Assembly: GCA_054600435.1 (NCBI GenBank)
Contig: BAAIJX010000019.1
Coordinates: 310,001 to 374,000, forward strand
Length of the DNA: 64,000 nucleotides
Direction of reading: 5' to 3'
Source of the DNA: Neophaeotheca triangularis
Taxonomy: Eukaryota
The translations under genes were made by a program, and so were the position numbers. Numbering within the stretch: the stretch's first letter is position 1; every line of letters starts with the position of its first letter. This document shows positions 12,552 through 24,494 of this stretch, piece by piece. The notes beneath the pieces were generated by a model. That model was given only the letters and a program-made list of their open reading frames with translations. It made no database searches and had not been told where the DNA came from.

Positions 12552-14367
12552 CTACCTCTTCTCCTCCCTCTGCTCCCTCCTCACCAACTCCCTAACCCCC
12601 TCCCAATCCGCCTTAGCCTCACTACACCTCTTCTCCATCTTCTCCAAGCCCAAAAACTGCTCGGGCAATACCTTTTCAAAAGCAAAACCCTCCTCAGCCT
12701 TGAGAGCCAACTCAACGGCATTGGCGAATTTAGCCGGATGCGCGGTGGCCAGACTGACATGCTGGAGGGAACTGTCCCGTTGGTAAGCGGTCGCGGCGGA
12801 AATGGACCGTAGAGAGGCGGCAACGCCGATGGCGCTGTGCGGGTCTAGGATGTAGTGAGTGTTATCGGCGAGGGTGCCGGTGGTGCCGAGGTTGCGCTTT
12901 GCGGCGGCTGGGAGCGTCCAGTTGTAGACGTGCTTGATGGTCTCGAGGGTTTCCGTGTCGCTGACGCGTTCGGAGGCGAAGGTTTCTTTGGCGGCGCTGA
13001 GGATGGGGTCATTGACGGCGAAACCGCCCGAGTTCTTGAGCTGGTCTAGCCAGGTTTTGACGCTTTGGCCGGCGTTGGCGCGGCGGGTTTGGGTGTTGGT
13101 TGTGCTGGTGTCGGTGCGGTAGGCGAGGTACCAGAGGAGGCGCTCGAAATTGGAGGAGACGAGGATGTCCATTGCCGGGGCGAGGGTTTCCTTGACGCCT
13201 GAAGGGTGGGCTTTGGAGCCGTCGTTGGGGAAGCCGCCGATGGAGCCTTGAGGGGACTCTTTCTTGGACTCGTGCTTCTCGTAGCGACCTGTCTGCCAGA
13301 AACGGTGGAGGATGTCATTTTCGTTGGTCGCGATGACGAGTTTGTCGTTTGGGAGGCCCATGCGAGAGGCAAAGTAGCCTGCGAGGATGTCGCCAAAGTT
13401 GCCGGTGGGGACAACGAAGCGGACGGAAGGGTCAGAGGTGGAGGTGTTGCGGCAGACGGAAAAGTAGGCATGGAAGTAGTAGGTCATTTGGGCTAGGATA
13501 CGAGCCCAATTGATGCTGTTGACGGCTGCGAGGCGGTGGGTGGAGTTCATGTCTGGGTCGGCGAAAAGGGCTTTGACAATGTCCTAAACATCTCCATTAG
13601 CTCCGAATCTAACCTCCTGCTTGAAGATTAGGTGTGTAACTCACCTGGCAATCATCAAACGTCCCCTCAACAGCAATGTTGTGTACATTCGCATCCAAGA
13701 CGGTCGTCATCTGCGCTTCCTGTATGGGGCTGACTTTGCCCTTGGGATGCATGATAAAGACACTGACATCCTTCTTCCCCCTCAGACCATAGATGGCGGC
13801 ACTTCCAGTATCACCGCTCGTCGCACCAATGACAGTGAGGTGTTGTCGGCTCTTGTCGTCATCGGCCTTGTCTTTGTTGCGTCTGGTGAGGAAGTACTCG
13901 AACAGGTTGCCCAAGAATTGCAGCGCGACATCCTTGAAAGCGAAAGTAGGACCGTGGAAGAGTTCCAGCAAATGCAAGTTCTTGCTTTCATCGAGCGTGT
14001 TCAACGGGGTGACGGTGTCGGTCCTGAAAGTGCCATAGCTCTTCTTGATGATATCCCTGAGGTCGTCGCGAGGGATTTCGGTCTCGCTGATGTAGAGGCT
14101 GAAGATTTCAAAGGCCAGCTGCTCAAAGGACAAGTCGCGCCATTTGGATTGCCAGTCGGAGGGTAGTGAGGGGATTTCTTCCGGGATGAAGAGGCCGCCG
14201 TCGTTGGCGAGGCCCTTGAGGACTACGTCTTCAAAGGAGAGCTGGCTGGCTTCTCAGCGTAAGCCCCAATGCTGTCAATGTCTTACTTGTTATATGCCAA
14301 CTTGACCTACATCGTAAGAGCCACCGCGGGTGCTGAGGTAGCGTTGAGAGGGGTTGATTGAGGCCAT
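12552..14367 (-). CDS. THR4: Threonine synthase
   Basis: Exons 14367-14311, 14241-13645 and 13583-12552. Motifs RYLSTRG, LELFHGPTFAFKDVALQF (PLP lysine), GATSGDTGSAA, AVNSINWARILAQ, VPTGNFGDILAG and LATAHPAKF. Confidence 0.97.
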
Positions 14368-14811
14368 GTTTTGGTAGGTGGAGGTGGTGGAGGTGGTGTT
14401 GTTATTGTCTCGCGCTACAGCAATTCTTCAGTCCTGCTGTATGCTTGCTCTCAATCGAGTACTTGGGTAGTAATCGCAACGAGATATGACTTCGTGACTC
14501 TCTCGCAGTCGCAACAAAAAAGTAGTGGCACGTGGAGGGGTCCAATTCGGTTCCAGACGATACTTTCCCGTCCGTGCCCCTTCCGGTATCGGCCCTTGCC
14601 CTTAAGGTACCTTACTTTTTGTTCCTGCATGAATGACGGAGACTACCTACCTTACCTTACCTTGAAGCTTCGAGGTCGAGCTTCGAGGTGATATCAAGAT
14701 AGTCATACAAATCATTCTACACTATACCCTTGTACCTCGACAGTTCGACCATTCCACCTCCACCATGACCAGGTAGCCTTACCAAAAAGCCTCTCACCAA
14801 ACATCCACAGC

Positions 14812-14841
14812 TCGCCCTCGCCCTCGCCCTCGCCCTCGCCC
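14812..14841 (+). repeat. (TCGCCC)n hexamer tandem repeat just upstream of the PET8 start codon
   Basis: About 5 copies read directly from the sequence. Confidence 0.85.
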
Positions 14842-14844
14842 CCA

Positions 14845-15809
14845 ATGGCCTCCCAAGACCAAACTCAGCGCGACCCGCTAATCAAATCCTCCTACACCCG
14901 CTCACTCCTTGTATGCGTCACGCACACAACTCCACGAAACACCCAAGACACCCCAACTAATCCACCCAGGCAGGCGGCATAGCAGGCACAACAGTCGACA
15001 CCTCGCTCTACCCACTGGACACGCTCAAAACCCGGCTCCAATCCTCACGCGGTTTTCTAGCCTCGGGCGGTTTCCGTGGAGTCTACAACGGCATCGGCAG
15101 CGCCGTCGTAGGCAGTGCACCGGGCGCCGCGCTCTTCTTCGTAACCTACGAGAGCGTGAAGAAGAGTCTCGATCATAATAACAACAACAGCGACAACGGC
15201 AACAACCATGGCAGCAGCAGCAGCAGCAACGGCGGCAAAGCAGCCGCCAGCCACATGCTCGCGGCCAGCTTAGGAGAAGTGGCCGCTTGCGCGGTCAGAG
15301 TGCCGACGGAAGTCGTCAAGCAGCGCGCCCAAGCAAAGCAGTCACCGAGCTCGCTCGCCGCCCTGAGGGCCATTCTCGCTCAACGCCAGACTCTAGGCCA
15401 TGCCGCCGTGGGCCGCGAGCTCTACCGCGGTTGGGGCATCACAGTGCTCCGCGAAGTGCCCTTCACCGTGATCCAATTCCCGCTATGGGAAGCGATGAAG
15501 GCGTCGTACAACGGACGCAGCGGGCGGCGCGAAACTCCCGCGCTCCCGTCGGCGCTGTTTGGGAGTCTGAGCGGTGCCGTGGCCGCGGGCCTCACGACGC
15601 CGCTGGATGTGCTGAAGACGCGGATGATGCTTTCGACCGGGGCGGAGCGGGAGGGAGTTTGGGATTTGACCGCGAGGCTTTGGAGGGAAGAGGGCGCCCG
15701 GGCGTTTTTCAAGGGCCTAGGCCCGAGGACTATGTGGATTTCTATTGGCGGGGCCGTGTTCTTGGGTAGTTATCAGGCTGCGTCGAATGCGTTGGGCGGG
15801 AGGGGGTGA
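14845..15809 (+). CDS. PET8: Mitochondrial S-adenosylmethionine carrier
   Basis: Exons 14845-14910 and 14970-15809. Intron is GTATGC..CTAAT..CAG. Three carrier signatures: YPLDTLKTRLQ, VPTEVVKQRAQ and TPLDVLKTRMM. REVPFTVIQFPLWE is typical of Pet8/Sam5. Confidence 0.93.
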
Positions 15810-16347
15810 GGGATGGAGAGAAGGGAAGTTTGGGGTGAAGAAAAGCAACGGTGGCGGGGTGATGGGTCGAGTGGAATGCTTGTGTATATACCTGGAAAGT
15901 GACTGATTTACGAAATTATTATATCTTGCCACGGCTGTGAACGTGAAGATCGAACTCGGGCATCTAGCATCCATCATCCGCAGCTCGCATCGACGCCTAC
16001 AACCGAGAGGGCTCATGGGTTCAGCAAGAAAAAGATTATCCAACTTGAGAAGCTCACCAATCTGAGCAATAATGATCTTCTCTCATAGAGTCAGTCCCCC
16101 TCTCAACCTTAAGACAGCTTTCCACGCTTTCAACAAGCAATACAAAGCTACATGTACAGAGTACACCTCAGATTCCAACTCCACCCAGCGCCTCGAGCTA
16201 GCTGTATTCCACTGTCCCCAACCCCCAAAAAACCCCTCATCCAGGCTACTAAACATCCGCCAATACATTGCCAACGTAGACCGCATCCCTGCCGCCCGCT
16301 TCATCAGACCCCATCCCAAAGCCCTCCCCCCTGCAAGCCCCACGACT

Positions 16348-17120
16348 TCACTTCTTCGACCCCCTCTCCCTCTGCGCCTTCTGCGCAGTCTCCTGCTGCA
16401 ATTTCTCCGGCCCCTTGCCCGAATCCTCCAGCTCGCCGCGATCGGCTTTCACCCCGCTCTCGCTGTCGGACGCCAATTCCTCGTGCCATTGCCCTTTACC
16501 CTGCGCTTGCTCTTTGAGCTGGGCTTGCTTCTCTTGCTCGGCTCGCTGGGGGCGGGTTTCGTCGTCTGTGAGGGGGGAAAGAGGGGGGTTAGTTTGGAGA
16601 CGAGTGGTTTTGTGAGTTGGGAACTAGGGAAAGAGGTGGGGGGCGGGGAGTGGTGGGGGCTATTTGCGCGGGTGTTTTGTTCTAGGGAGCGTGCGCTGGT
16701 CTCGTTCGTCCCCGAACTTTTCTTTCTTCTTTTCCCTCCCATTGCACGAGCGATTCCAAGATCCGGCCTGTCCAGCCTTTTTCTTTTCCTCTTGGCGGCT
16801 GCCAACCAGAACGCAGCTGGAGCGCGCTATTCCCGTGCCCTCGGCTCTCGTCTCCCGTCCCCTCATCCATCGACTATGCTCCCCCCACCTCTGTACACCA
16901 GACTTCGCACGACACGGTCTACTTCCCCCACCCCCCGTCGCGCTCAAGCCCCCTGGAAAACGCCAAAAGCAAAGGAAGAAGACAAAAAGCATGCAAACTC
17001 ACGGATTTGACTCTCCTTGCCCACGCCCAAGCGAGCAGTCGTCTGGAAAGCGCGCCTGCTGGTGCCGAAAGTGCGGGGAGTCGAGCGGAGCATCGTGCTG
17101 GTGGGTTGGAGGCGGAACAT
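16348..17120 (-). CDS. Small mitochondrial-type hypothetical protein (~112 aa), missed by the ORF track
   Basis: Exon 1 is 17120-17003 (MFRLQPTSTMLRSTPRTFGTSRRAFQTTARLGVGKESQI, presequence-like). Intron 17002-16566 (GTGAGT..CTAAC..CAG). Exon 2 is 16565-16348 (HDETRPQRAEQEKQAQLKEQAQGKGQWHEELASDSESGVKADRGE...). Phases join correctly. Confidence 0.82.
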
Positions 17121-19359
17121 GGCTTTTTCGCTTTTCGAGTCTGTGACCTGTTGTTTGTGGGAGCGAGGGTGTGTCGGGACCGAGATGGTTTGGTTGGGTT
17201 GGCAAGGAGTCTGGTAGGTGGTTTGAGGGTCTGGTGGTTTGCTTTATTTCCTTGTGTGTGTGGGTTGGGTAGGTGTAGAAGGGAGATTTGGGGAGAAAGG
17301 CTGCTAAGGTATGGGACAAGATAGAAGGACTAGAACGCAGCCTAACTAGGGTAAGGTGCTGTAGCTTACTTCACTCAGCAGCCGTCAGTCAGTCAGTGCT
17401 TCAGGTTCGTCCCTTCCGCTTCCGTTCACCCTCGGCTCACAGTCACAGAGAGCACCAATTTTGAGACTTTCACTTTGGGAGCCTAGAGCTCAAGCCCGCC
17501 GGAATCGGCTACGTGCGTCATCTAGCAAAGGGGGGCTTACGATTGGCTAACCTGCATAACGGAAATACCCGAATTTGCCCTACGCATTCCATACTTTTAC
17601 TGAAAGCAACCCGCGATCGACCAACTGCAACTGCAACGCTGTGGAATGCGCCCGCGAGTATGCAATTGCAACGTCTTCGCTGCTATGACAATGCTAGGGC
17701 AAGATCGCAACACCACTGTCATTAGTGAAGGGAACAGTCCAGGACCATGCCAGCCAGCCAGCCAGCCAATGAGGCGCAGCCGGTTGCGATGGTGTCCGGC
17801 GAGGGTCAGAGTTGGGGTTCAAGACCACGGGCCTCCTTGTATGGGTACGACGCAAACGATAGTTGAAAACTTCGCGATGACTTGGCTTTGAGGTGCGTGT
17901 GGAGGGGAGAAAGCTGTTCAGCACTTTGCTCAGCGTGAGGGCTTTTCCAAAGGGTGATGTGGCGGGCTTTCCAACTCTCTGGCAATGTAAGGGAGGTGGG
18001 TAGGGGTTGTGTCTAGTATGGGTGGATATCTGAGGCTTTTGGGCTTGGAATTGACACTGTCGGATGCACCTGGTTACAGCCTCGTGCTTACTGGGTACCT
18101 ACTCTGACATCCGGTCTAGACATGGCACTGCACTCGCTTGGGGGCAGTGTAAATTGAGGTGCGAATGGTCAGTGACGTTTCCACAGAAGTGATGAGCACC
18201 GTTTGGAATGGCACTGAGACGACGCAATAGCCGCCGATCCTTCACCCATTGCACAGTTCGCAGGCACTCGAAAAGAAGAATCGACAACACAGCCAAAGCC
18301 GCAAGACTCGATGGAATGTAGAAAAAGACGAAAAATTCTAGACATTGAGTGGTATCTCCTATAGCCAGCCCCGCCCAGGCCCCTAAAAAGCGAGCCAGAC
18401 ATCCAATCCCTTTCCCACCCCATCCCCTCGTCCCATAACTCGCGCCAGCTTTCCCGCCAGCGAGCCTAGACACCAAAGAACGAGAGTAGTGAAACGAGGT
18501 GAGAGATGTACAGGCACCCTCCCCGAGCAAACGAAGAAAAAGAAAAACCAATGCCTCATCTCCTAGGAGGTAAGCAGCGCAGAAGATCCGGTAGCAGCAA
18601 AGCAGAGCAAAGCAAAACGGTTAATTTTCCCCCGCGCCAAATAGAAGATCAGACGTCCCCTACCCATTCAAAAACTTCCGCGTCCAGTGTGAATATCCAG
18701 CGTCTTTGGGGAAAAAGCAAAAGATAAAGAGACCTCCATCAATCCCTCGTTTTTGGTATTTCCAGCCAGGCCAACTAAAACAAGTTCAAGCAGTGCTAAG
18801 CGCCAGAAAGAGAAGGGAAGAAGAACCCATTGCTAAGCTTCGATTCCTCTCTCCATCCCAAGACTCCGCGCACACGCAGAAAGAGAAATAAGAGATCAAC
18901 GCCTTTCGGGGCCGTTCACATGCGTTTCGTTCAATGTTCTTGTGTCGCTCGCTCGTTTTGCTAGGTCTGGAGGTGTAGAAAAAATGCAGTGCGGTAGCAA
19001 TGGATAGCAGAGGGTAGTCGCTCGCCAAAGAGGAAAACAGATGTGCTGTAAAAGTCGAAGAAAGCGGGATATCGAAGTCAAAAGAAGCACGCTTCATCAG
19101 ATATGCTGCTGCAACGCCGTTATTTTCTTAGTTTTTGTCGTTTTTTGGAAGATGTTGCCGTGGTTTCGTATCCGTAGTGCCGTGTCCGGAGGGTATCAGA
19201 GAAGTTGATTGAGTCGTCAAGTGCGCAAAGATGGTCTTGTACAAGAAAGTTCGAATCGCGGAAATACCTCGCCCGGGCTAAAAGGGTAAGAATGACGTCG
19301 ATGCAGTGCAAGCAGTAGGTAGGTACACGTTTGAAGAAGGTGCTTAGGTGGCTTCGCAT

Positions 19360-20043
19360 CTACCACCTCCTAGGCATGTACTGCTGCTGCATACCCCTGC
19401 CAGGCGAGACGCTGAGCGGGGGGCTCGCAACGGAGCGCGTCGAAGGGTCGACAATGGGTATCGCATTGCGGGTGCGCTGCGCCATTGGCTGGTGCAGTTT
19501 CATGGCCTGCTGCTGCTGATGCGTGAAACCAGCGGGCGAGGGTCCGTAAGCGTTGTTGGCGTGAGCAGCCGCTCCGGAGAGAAGGAAAGATGGGGTAGGT
19601 TGGACTTGGGTTTGCAGCGGGGAGGACTCGGGAGATCCCGAGGAGAGAGAGCTGCGGTCGGAGGCGGACGAGGAGTGGATAGATTGGAGCTGGAAGAGGA
19701 GGTTAGTTTTGCGTTTCGGGGGAGTATTGAAGTAGAATGCGCGTACATCGTCCTCGGTCAACAGGTGGAAAGGACAAAACATCTCGTCGTCGTCAAACTC
19801 GAAGCTCTTGGCCGCTTCCAGCCGCTGCAGGTATTCAGAATACGCCGGCTGCTGTTGCTGCTGATGGGAGGATTCCGGCAACTGCTCTTTCGGACTTCTT
19901 TGCGCTTTGAACTGCCTGTGCGCGTTTTGAGAAGCGATTCTTGGGCCCCGACGGCTGCGGCCGTGGTGGTTGTTATTGTGCGAATGCGACGAGTGCGACG
20001 GCATTGTCGGGTAGTGTGGCGCGCCGTAGTGGTAGCCAGACAT
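19360..20043 (-). CDS. Hypothetical protein, Ser/Gln-rich, probably conserved in fungi
   Basis: ATG at 20043 (MSGYHYGAPHY). Core LEAAKSFEFDDDEMFCPFHLLTEDD. Intron 19746-19690 (GTACGC..CTAAC..CAG, 57 nt). C-terminus RTRNAIPIVDP. Confidence 0.8.
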   Translation of the reverse strand: MSGYHYGAPHYPTMPSHSSHSHNNNHHGRSRRGPRIASQNAHRQFKAQRSPKEQLPESSHQQQQQPAYSEYLQRLEAAKSFEFDDDEMFCPFHLLTEDDVRAFYFNTPPKRKTNLLFQLQSIHSSSASDRSSLSSGSPESSPLQTQVQPTPSFLLSGAAAHANNAYGPSPAGFTHQQQQAMKLHQPMAQRTRNAIPIVDPSTRSVASPPLSVSPGRGMQQQYMPRRW

Positions 20044-20105
20044 GGTGTTGAAGTTGTGGGTGGGAGTTGTAAAAGTTCTTTGTTTGCGTGACGGAATGGT
20101 TGCGG

Positions 20106-20430
20106 GTGTGTGTGTGTGTGTGTGTGTGGTCGAGGTTGGTTGTTGGAGGAGTCGGCAAGTTGGAAGCGGGTAACAAAGGACGACAACAAAGCCAAGCGAG
20201 TCGGTGGGGATGTGGCGATAGCGTGGGTACACGTGGAGTCTTTACAATGGCGATGCGGTAGGTAGGGTAGTAGTATGCTCTAGAGAAAGAAGAATGCGTG
20301 GTGGTGGTGGTGGTGGTGGTGGTTAGTCGAATAGTTGTATACAGAGGAGGCTGGACGGTGGTGGTTGTAATGGTGAGTGGTGGTGACAGGAGGACGAATG
20401 CGGTGGTGTGTGTGTGTGTGTGCGTGTGTG
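20106..20430. repeat. Microsatellite cluster: (GT)n 20106-20127, (GGT)n 20298-20323, (GT)n 20406-20430
   Basis: Read directly. Lies in the upstream or 5' leader region of the 20043 gene. Confidence 0.9.
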
Positions 20431-21308
20431 GACGAGGAGGAGACGGGACGGCGAGGAAAGCACGGCCCACAGACTGGCGCTTATTCGAGAAGGAGCGAGC
20501 AGGGCTAGACTCAATCGGTTCAAGTGAAATGACGCTTTCACGCTAGGTACGGTATGCTACTATGCTTGCTCGACTCGCCCCAAACACGGCAAAACTTCCC
20601 TGAGCTTCTGTGTATCAAGTCTATCAAGTCTTTCTGTTGGATAGATATTATTCGGCTATAACAATAAAATGCCTTCAATCATGCCCAGCCTCTTAATCGC
20701 AACTCTGTAGCAAACCGAGACCCGACGTCTTGATACGAGTCGAGTAGTCTGTCCTCGATTGGCGCGCGCTATTCCCGCTTTACCGAAGCCGCCAACACAA
20801 CACCGCGGATCGCCACTTTCGCATACCTTACCTCACCGTAGGTACCGACGTACCGTAAGCCAACCTTGGGACTTGAGACCCAAGACCACGTGCAGCTAGC
20901 CCTGTTTTCAGTCTAGCCTAGTCCGCAATCACCGGCATACACCGCCGCCCTGTCGAGTCGTCTCATGTCTCATGTCTCCTGCTTCAGGCACCGTGCATAT
21001 GTATGAGGGGGTACTAGACTATTAGCCGTGGTTACTTCCAGACTGCTCAACACCACAAGTCTATGGCGTGGCGGAGTATTTTCGTAGCTATTGGTGTATA
21101 TGCATGGTGTCTCGGGCTTTGAACCGCGGCTTGAGCGTCGAAGCGAGTCCAAAAGAGCACGCCCGCTCGAGCATGTACATACAACAGCAAAACCTCAACC
21201 TCGCCGGGGAGTAGAATCATAATACCTCGCTATGCGCCAAACGCTCTACTTTCCAAGCCAGACACCGTCCTGACTTTCATGGATATCAACACACTCATGA
21301 CGCCCCTT

Positions 21309-22103
21309 CTACTTCAACACAGCAATCAACAAGACCAAAATCACCACCAATATGGCAATGGTAACCCAACTCCAGTTCTCCTTGCTCTTCCTCGCAACCC
21401 TCCCTAACCTCCCTCGTGCCCTATCCAACGTACTCTGATGCCTATCAACCCCAGCCTCGACATCCCCCAACATGACACCCTGCTCATCAAGCTCATTACC
21501 CATTTCGATGCCCAAAAGCCTCTGACGGCCTATACTCTGGCCCAGCACATCAAGCTGCTCGTCCTGGTCGCGCAAACGCTCATTATGGTGAGCGTAGACT
21601 TGCTGGTTGTCGAAATCGCTGTGATCGGTGCTGGGGTCGTCGCTGTAACCCCCGCCGCCGCCTTGGGAAGCAAAGAGCGCCGATCTGTTGGCCGTGTCTT
21701 CTTCGTCGGGTTCGTCGCGATAGGGCTGTGTGGAAGGGTCTGCCGGGTTGTCGCGGAAGCGGACGCTCTTGTTCCTGCCTAGTCTTGCTGTTGGCCGGTC
21801 GGTCTTGCTTTCGCTGTCGTATTGCCCTTGTACATCCTCTGCCTCTGCCTCCGCCACAGCTGCTGTTGGCGCTTCCTCGCCATAGTGCTGCTTGTAGAGG
21901 TCTCGATACTCTGCGCGTAATCTTGCGAGGCTGGGATCGCGGTTCCCGCTTCGTGAGAGCTCGTTTATGCCTTCGTGGAGCGTTGTGAGGGAGCGGGAGA
22001 TGTTGGTGTTATTCGAGGGGTCGAGTTGCGCTTCGAGGAGGGAAAGTTTCAGGTGGTCGGCTAGGAGGGAGAGTTGATGGGGTGATGTTGTTGGAGGGGC
22101 CAT
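21309..22103 (-). CDS. SYN8: Qc-SNARE, syntaxin-8/Syn8-like
   Basis: N-terminal LLADHLKLSLLE. SNARE heptads LRDQDEQLDVLGQSIGRQRLLGIEMGNELDEQGVMLGDVE. C-terminal transmembrane anchor. Confidence 0.8.
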   Translation of the reverse strand: MAPPTTSPHQLSLLADHLKLSLLEAQLDPSNNTNISRSLTTLHEGINELSRSGNRDPSLARLRAEYRDLYKQHYGEEAPTAAVAEAEAEDVQGQYDSESKTDRPTARLGRNKSVRFRDNPADPSTQPYRDEPDEEDTANRSALFASQGGGGGYSDDPSTDHSDFDNQQVYAHHNERLRDQDEQLDVLGQSIGRQRLLGIEMGNELDEQGVMLGDVEAGVDRHQSTLDRARGRLGRVARKSKENWSWVTIAILVVILVLLIAVLK

Positions 22104-22835
22104 GATGGTAAGGTACTATGTAGTCTGGCTGTCGGGACGTTTCTCGTGGCGCTGAGGCCTGGCGTGATAGGTTTGCGAGGTCTTCGGTGAGGAGTGGTGT
22201 TCCTTGTTTCGGGAGCGGTAGCGATATTGCTATCTGCCCTGTTTATCTCCTGTGTCTGACTGTGAGGCGACTTGTGACGAGTGTGGATGGGTATAACGTA
22301 TTGCTTTCAATGTTGCTCTCTGCCTTCACCTTTAGATGTCTCTCGTCTCGAGCACGTGCCATCTGCCGTGCTAGAAAGAACAAGGAACGAGCCGCACCTC
22401 AGACATGCATGCGACGCGACCTGCCGGCCCCCGCATCCCACTTTCTGTTCAGCCTCCCGTCAATCCAGTCCTCCAGCTGAGTCTGGACTTCCATCTCCCT
22501 CGGATGCAATCAATCTTCACTTGTCGAGTCGGATATTGTACGAGTTCCGGATGGCGACAAGCCTTATATACGCCAAATGATCTGGATCTGTCAGTTCTCC
22601 CTTTGAAGCAGGACTCCAAGCATCCCAGAGTCAAAGCGAACAACAACGGACGTTCAGCCGGGTTGCACACTGAAACGAGCACGCTTTCGAGAACGGCTTC
22701 GAGAACACTTTCTGGGACTGGAATACAGTGCAAAAACGCTACAGACGATTCATCAGTGGCAGTGGCCTTCGAGAACGCATTACCAACGACCGACGGTGGG
22801 CGACGTACTCTACACAAGCCATAACTTGCCCTACC

Positions 22836-24494
22836 ATGTCGAGACCCAATTCATCGCGGCAACGACGGAGTCTCCCAACAGTATACGGCATGGAACATTC
22901 CAACAGCAACAATAACACCCCACCGCGCCCCTCCTCCATGTCCCCCCGCCCTACCGACGAATCCTCACGTGGTCGCCCATCCTCAAGTATGAGTACACAA
23001 ATGACCATTCGGGGCATGCGCCGACTCGAAAGACGCATGAACATGGAGGAGAATCAACACAGAGCCTCAAGGGCACTAGCAGCCAGTATCAATCCATCTG
23101 TCGATTTGCGGTCCCTTGACTACGTCTCGAGCTACGACAATAATCTCATGTGTGCCATCTGTCGGTGTCCATACGTCGATCCCGTCGTCTTGACCGAATG
23201 TGATCACGTCTTCTGTCGGGACTGCATTCGTCAGACTTGGACGGGGACTTCACACAGCGCGCTTGGACCTAGAGGCGATTGTCCGTCTTGTCGGACGCCA
23301 GCCAAGTTGGGTCCCCGAGGAGCGACAAGTAAGATTTTAGTCAACTTGGTCGACGATCTCGATGTCAAATGCCCAAAGAGCGAAGAGGGATGTACCGCTA
23401 CCATCAAAAGAGGCCAAGTCCAAGACCACGTTTCCATTTACTGTCCCTACGCCCAAGTTGCATGTCCAGACGAAAATTGCGACCTCACCGTCTCTCGAAA
23501 GCAAATCCTGGCCCACGACGGCTGCCTCCATTACGGCGTCAGCTGCCTCGACTGCCACGAAGACATGCCTGCGGCCGAACTCGAAACGCATTGGAAATTA
23601 CACTGCCCCGATAGAAAAGCGTCCTGCGAGCAATGCCACGAGCAGATCTTCTACCGCTCCCTCACCAACCACAAACAGTCCACCTGCCCAGCAACAACCA
23701 TCCCTTGCCCCGGCAAAACCCTCGGCTGTACCACCCTCAGCAACCGCCACGACGCCTCGCAGCACGCGCAAACCTGCTCACTCGCAAAAATGGCCCCAAT
23801 CTTCGCAGCGCAAGCCCAACGCCTCGACGAACAAGCAACAGCACAAAAGCTCATGAGCCGCGAACTCGAAACCCTACGCACAGGCTTCTCCAGCATCCAA
23901 AATCTATTCCAAAATCAAACCGACAACCTATCCCCCGACGCCTCTAACGCGGACGAAACCCGCATCCCGCTACTCCTCCCCGCCAATTCTTCCGCAACCA
24001 ACCCCTCCCACCCATCAGTCTTTCCCTTTCCCCCAATGAACCCCGAAACCCACCACGAAGAGTCCCCCTACTCCTCCCCCCACCACCATCTCCTCCACTT
24101 GCACGAATCCCTCCGCGACGAAGTCGCCCGCATCACTTCCACCCTCTCCGACCTTGAAGGCCGCAACTCCATGGAGCGGCTCAACGACAACCTCCGCATC
24201 CGCGACGAAATGGCGTATCTAGGCGCTCGCGTCGAGGGACTAGGGCGGCAGGTGCAGTGGCTCACGAGCGCGCAGTTGATGCGGCGGCAGCAGGGGTCTG
24301 GTCGTGGGGAGGGAGGTGGGGAGGCCGGTGGGGTTGGAGAGGTAGTGAGTGCGGTTGGGGAGGTAATGAGGGGTGTTAGGGGTGTTGTTGGGGGTGGGGC
24401 AGGGAGCGAGGGGTCGGGAGAGGGTCCTGTGGCTCAGGGTCGGGCGGCACCTATGCGGAGGGGGGCTAGTGAGGAGGGTAGGACGAAATTGTAG
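22836..24494 (+). CDS. RING finger / TRAF-type zinc-finger protein (putative E3 ligase)
   Basis: C3HC4 RING (CAICRCPYVDPVVLTECDHVFCRDC...CPSC) followed by TRAF-type zinc fingers (HVSIYCPY..CP, HWKLHCP, HKQSTCP) and a coiled coil. First ATG is 22836; the start is uncertain. Confidence 0.88.
   Translation: MSRPNSSRQRRSLPTVYGMEHSNSNNNTPPRPSSMSPRPTDESSRGRPSSSMSTQMTIRGMRRLERRMNMEENQHRASRALAASINPSVDLRSLDYVSSYDNNLMCAICRCPYVDPVVLTECDHVFCRDCIRQTWTGTSHSALGPRGDCPSCRTPAKLGPRGATSKILVNLVDDLDVKCPKSEEGCTATIKRGQVQDHVSIYCPYAQVACPDENCDLTVSRKQILAHDGCLHYGVSCLDCHEDMPAAELETHWKLHCPDRKASCEQCHEQIFYRSLTNHKQSTCPATTIPCPGKTLGCTTLSNRHDASQHAQTCSLAKMAPIFAAQAQRLDEQATAQKLMSRELETLRTGFSSIQNLFQNQTDNLSPDASNADETRIPLLLPANSSATNPSHPSVFPFPPMNPETHHEESPYSSPHHHLLHLHESLRDEVARITSTLSDLEGRNSMERLNDNLRIRDEMAYLGARVEGLGRQVQWLTSAQLMRRQQGSGRGEGGGEAGGVGEVVSAVGEVMRGVRGVVGGGAGSEGSGEGPVAQGRAAPMRRGASEEGRTKL

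Noticed and set aside
16072..17010. 312-aa + strand ORF
   Set aside because: Antisense shadow of the two-exon - strand gene and its intron.
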